Shown here: one piece after another, positions 62,754 to 64,000 of the stretch
How the letters are laid out: each line of letters opens with the position of its first letter
Position numbering within the stretch: the stretch's first letter is position 1
Assembly: GCA_937625935.1 (NCBI GenBank)
Contig: OW569359.1
Span: 124,001 to 188,000 of the forward strand
Reading direction: 5' to 3'
DNA length: 64,000 bases
Source: Tetramitus jugosus
Lineage: Eukaryota; Protista; Heterolobosea
Notes under the pieces: generated by a model
What the model was told of the DNA's origin: nothing
What the model saw: only the letters and a program-made list of their open reading frames with translations
Databases searched by the model: none
Program-made: the position numbers and the translations under genes

Positions 62754-63563
62754 TCAAACAAATACCTCTTGCAATGTCTCACTGGCATGTGCAATTGCGA
62801 GCATCTCCATCAAATGACTCACTCCTTCTTGACTCTTGACCTTGTTGCTACGTACGCTGAGTGTGACCAGTGTATCATTGTGTCGTAACATTTGACTCAA
62901 ATGTTCCATTCCTTCGTTCCCTAATCGATTCATGCTCAAATCCAAGTGCTTTAACGTAAAGTTCTTGTTTGTGCTACTGATACTGCTACTGCTATTTGTT
63001 ACACTACTATTGTTATTGTTATTTACATTGGGATTGGATTGTCTAGGTGATCCAGACACTAATGACTGTTGTTGATTCTGATAGTGCTGATGATGATGAT
63101 GGTGATGATGCTTGTTTGTCAACACTTGACACAGGTGCTTTACACCAGAAGCCGAAATATCATTCATTGACAAATTCAATACTTCAATACTTTCGTTGTG
63201 AGACAACATTTGAGCAATGTGCTTGCATCCCTCACTCCGTATCAAATTACCAGTCAAATCCAAATATTTGATCGTGTTCCATGCGAAAAAAAAGGGTAGT
63301 GAATCACTGGGTGTTGAAACAGAGTTGGAGTCCAAATGAACACACAAAAGCATCATGTGCCTCGGAGTCAACAACTGGAAGGCCATTTTGAAGTAGGTTG
63401 GATTTTTGTTGTATTCTAGTTGGGCCAGATTAAGGAATTCACGCTCTTCTGAAGTGATGTCATCAGAAGATTGTTGTTGAGGTGTCCCATCATCTGTTGT
63501 TGGGGACTGTATGGGTGTTGGTTGATGGTGGTGTCGTGATGATGTGTCGAGATCAATGTTCAT
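62754..63563 (-). CDS. Leucine-rich repeat (RI-like) protein
   Basis: IKYLDLTGNLIRSEG, IEVLNLSMNDISASG, LKHLDLSMNRLGNEG. First ATG at 63563; the 3' end could be extended by an intron. Confidence 0.8.
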   Translation of the reverse strand: MNIDLDTSSRHHHQPTPIQSPTTDDGTPQQQSSDDITSEEREFLNLAQLEYNKNPTYFKMAFQLLTPRHMMLLCVHLDSNSVSTPSDSLPFFFAWNTIKYLDLTGNLIRSEGCKHIAQMLSHNESIEVLNLSMNDISASGVKHLCQVLTNKHHHHHHHQHYQNQQQSLVSGSPRQSNPNVNNNNNSSVTNSSSSISSTNKNFTLKHLDLSMNRLGNEGMEHLSQMLRHNDTLVTLSVRSNKVKSQEGVSHLMEMLAIAHASETLQEVFV

Positions 63564-64000
63564 GCTTTGTTGGTGTTTTTGGCGCGTAGTGTATTCCCCG
63601 CAAGACTCAAAAAATAGCGATACAAGCGGACGGACGAATATCGTGTTCAAAAATTCATCCCGACAATCGGGAGATTTGACCCCATCAATTATAATCCGCA
63701 GCAGAAATTTTACAATGAATCGTTTGTATAGGTCCAAAATCTTTTGCCACACCAACACAAAGCAAAAGCAAAAGCTTAAGCATCAACTCATACAACCATA
63801 CAATAATCAGGCAAACGAAAAAGCAACAACCAACATTCTTGCCAAATTTTCATTTTTCCTGAGAACTACAACCATTTCACCACAACATTCATGTCTCAAC
63901 CTACTCCTCAGCTCCAAGAAGCTCAAACACAGAATCAAAAAACAATACAAAACATTTTTTCTCCCACCATGAATAACCCTCACATTTTTATCAACACTAG

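Overview
Gene-dense, intron-poor protist genomic DNA with short GT-AG introns and CAA-rich UTRs. It looks heterolobosean/Discoba-like, but the taxon is an inference. The window holds about 25 housekeeping genes (CDF transporter, Serinc, RhoGEF, MED23, lipase, G3BP-like, kinesin-14, GTDC1/QTMAN-like, ABCG, ELP3, FPGS, RCC1-like, O-methyltransferase, RNAi-type RdRP, Rho GTPase) and a tRNA-Thr(TGT). The standout is a 3.54-kb non-autonomous DNA transposon at 24645-28183, bounded by terminal inverted repeats (GGATGTAGTTCG...CGAACTACATCC) and TTAA target-site duplications, i.e. Kolobok-like RR...YY termini. It carries an internally deleted Fanzor1 (eukaryotic TnpB) gene and a putative omegaRNA scaffold whose pseudoknot partner lies inside the TIR. 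It also carries apparent captured host-gene fragments: VPS35 with an intron-like remnant, a GAF-like piece and an F-box-like piece. A second accessory region (57420-58855) is a decayed non-LTR retrotransposon that abuts the 3' half of a tRNA and lies next to the RdRP gene. All family calls come from motif recognition by eye; no database searches were run.
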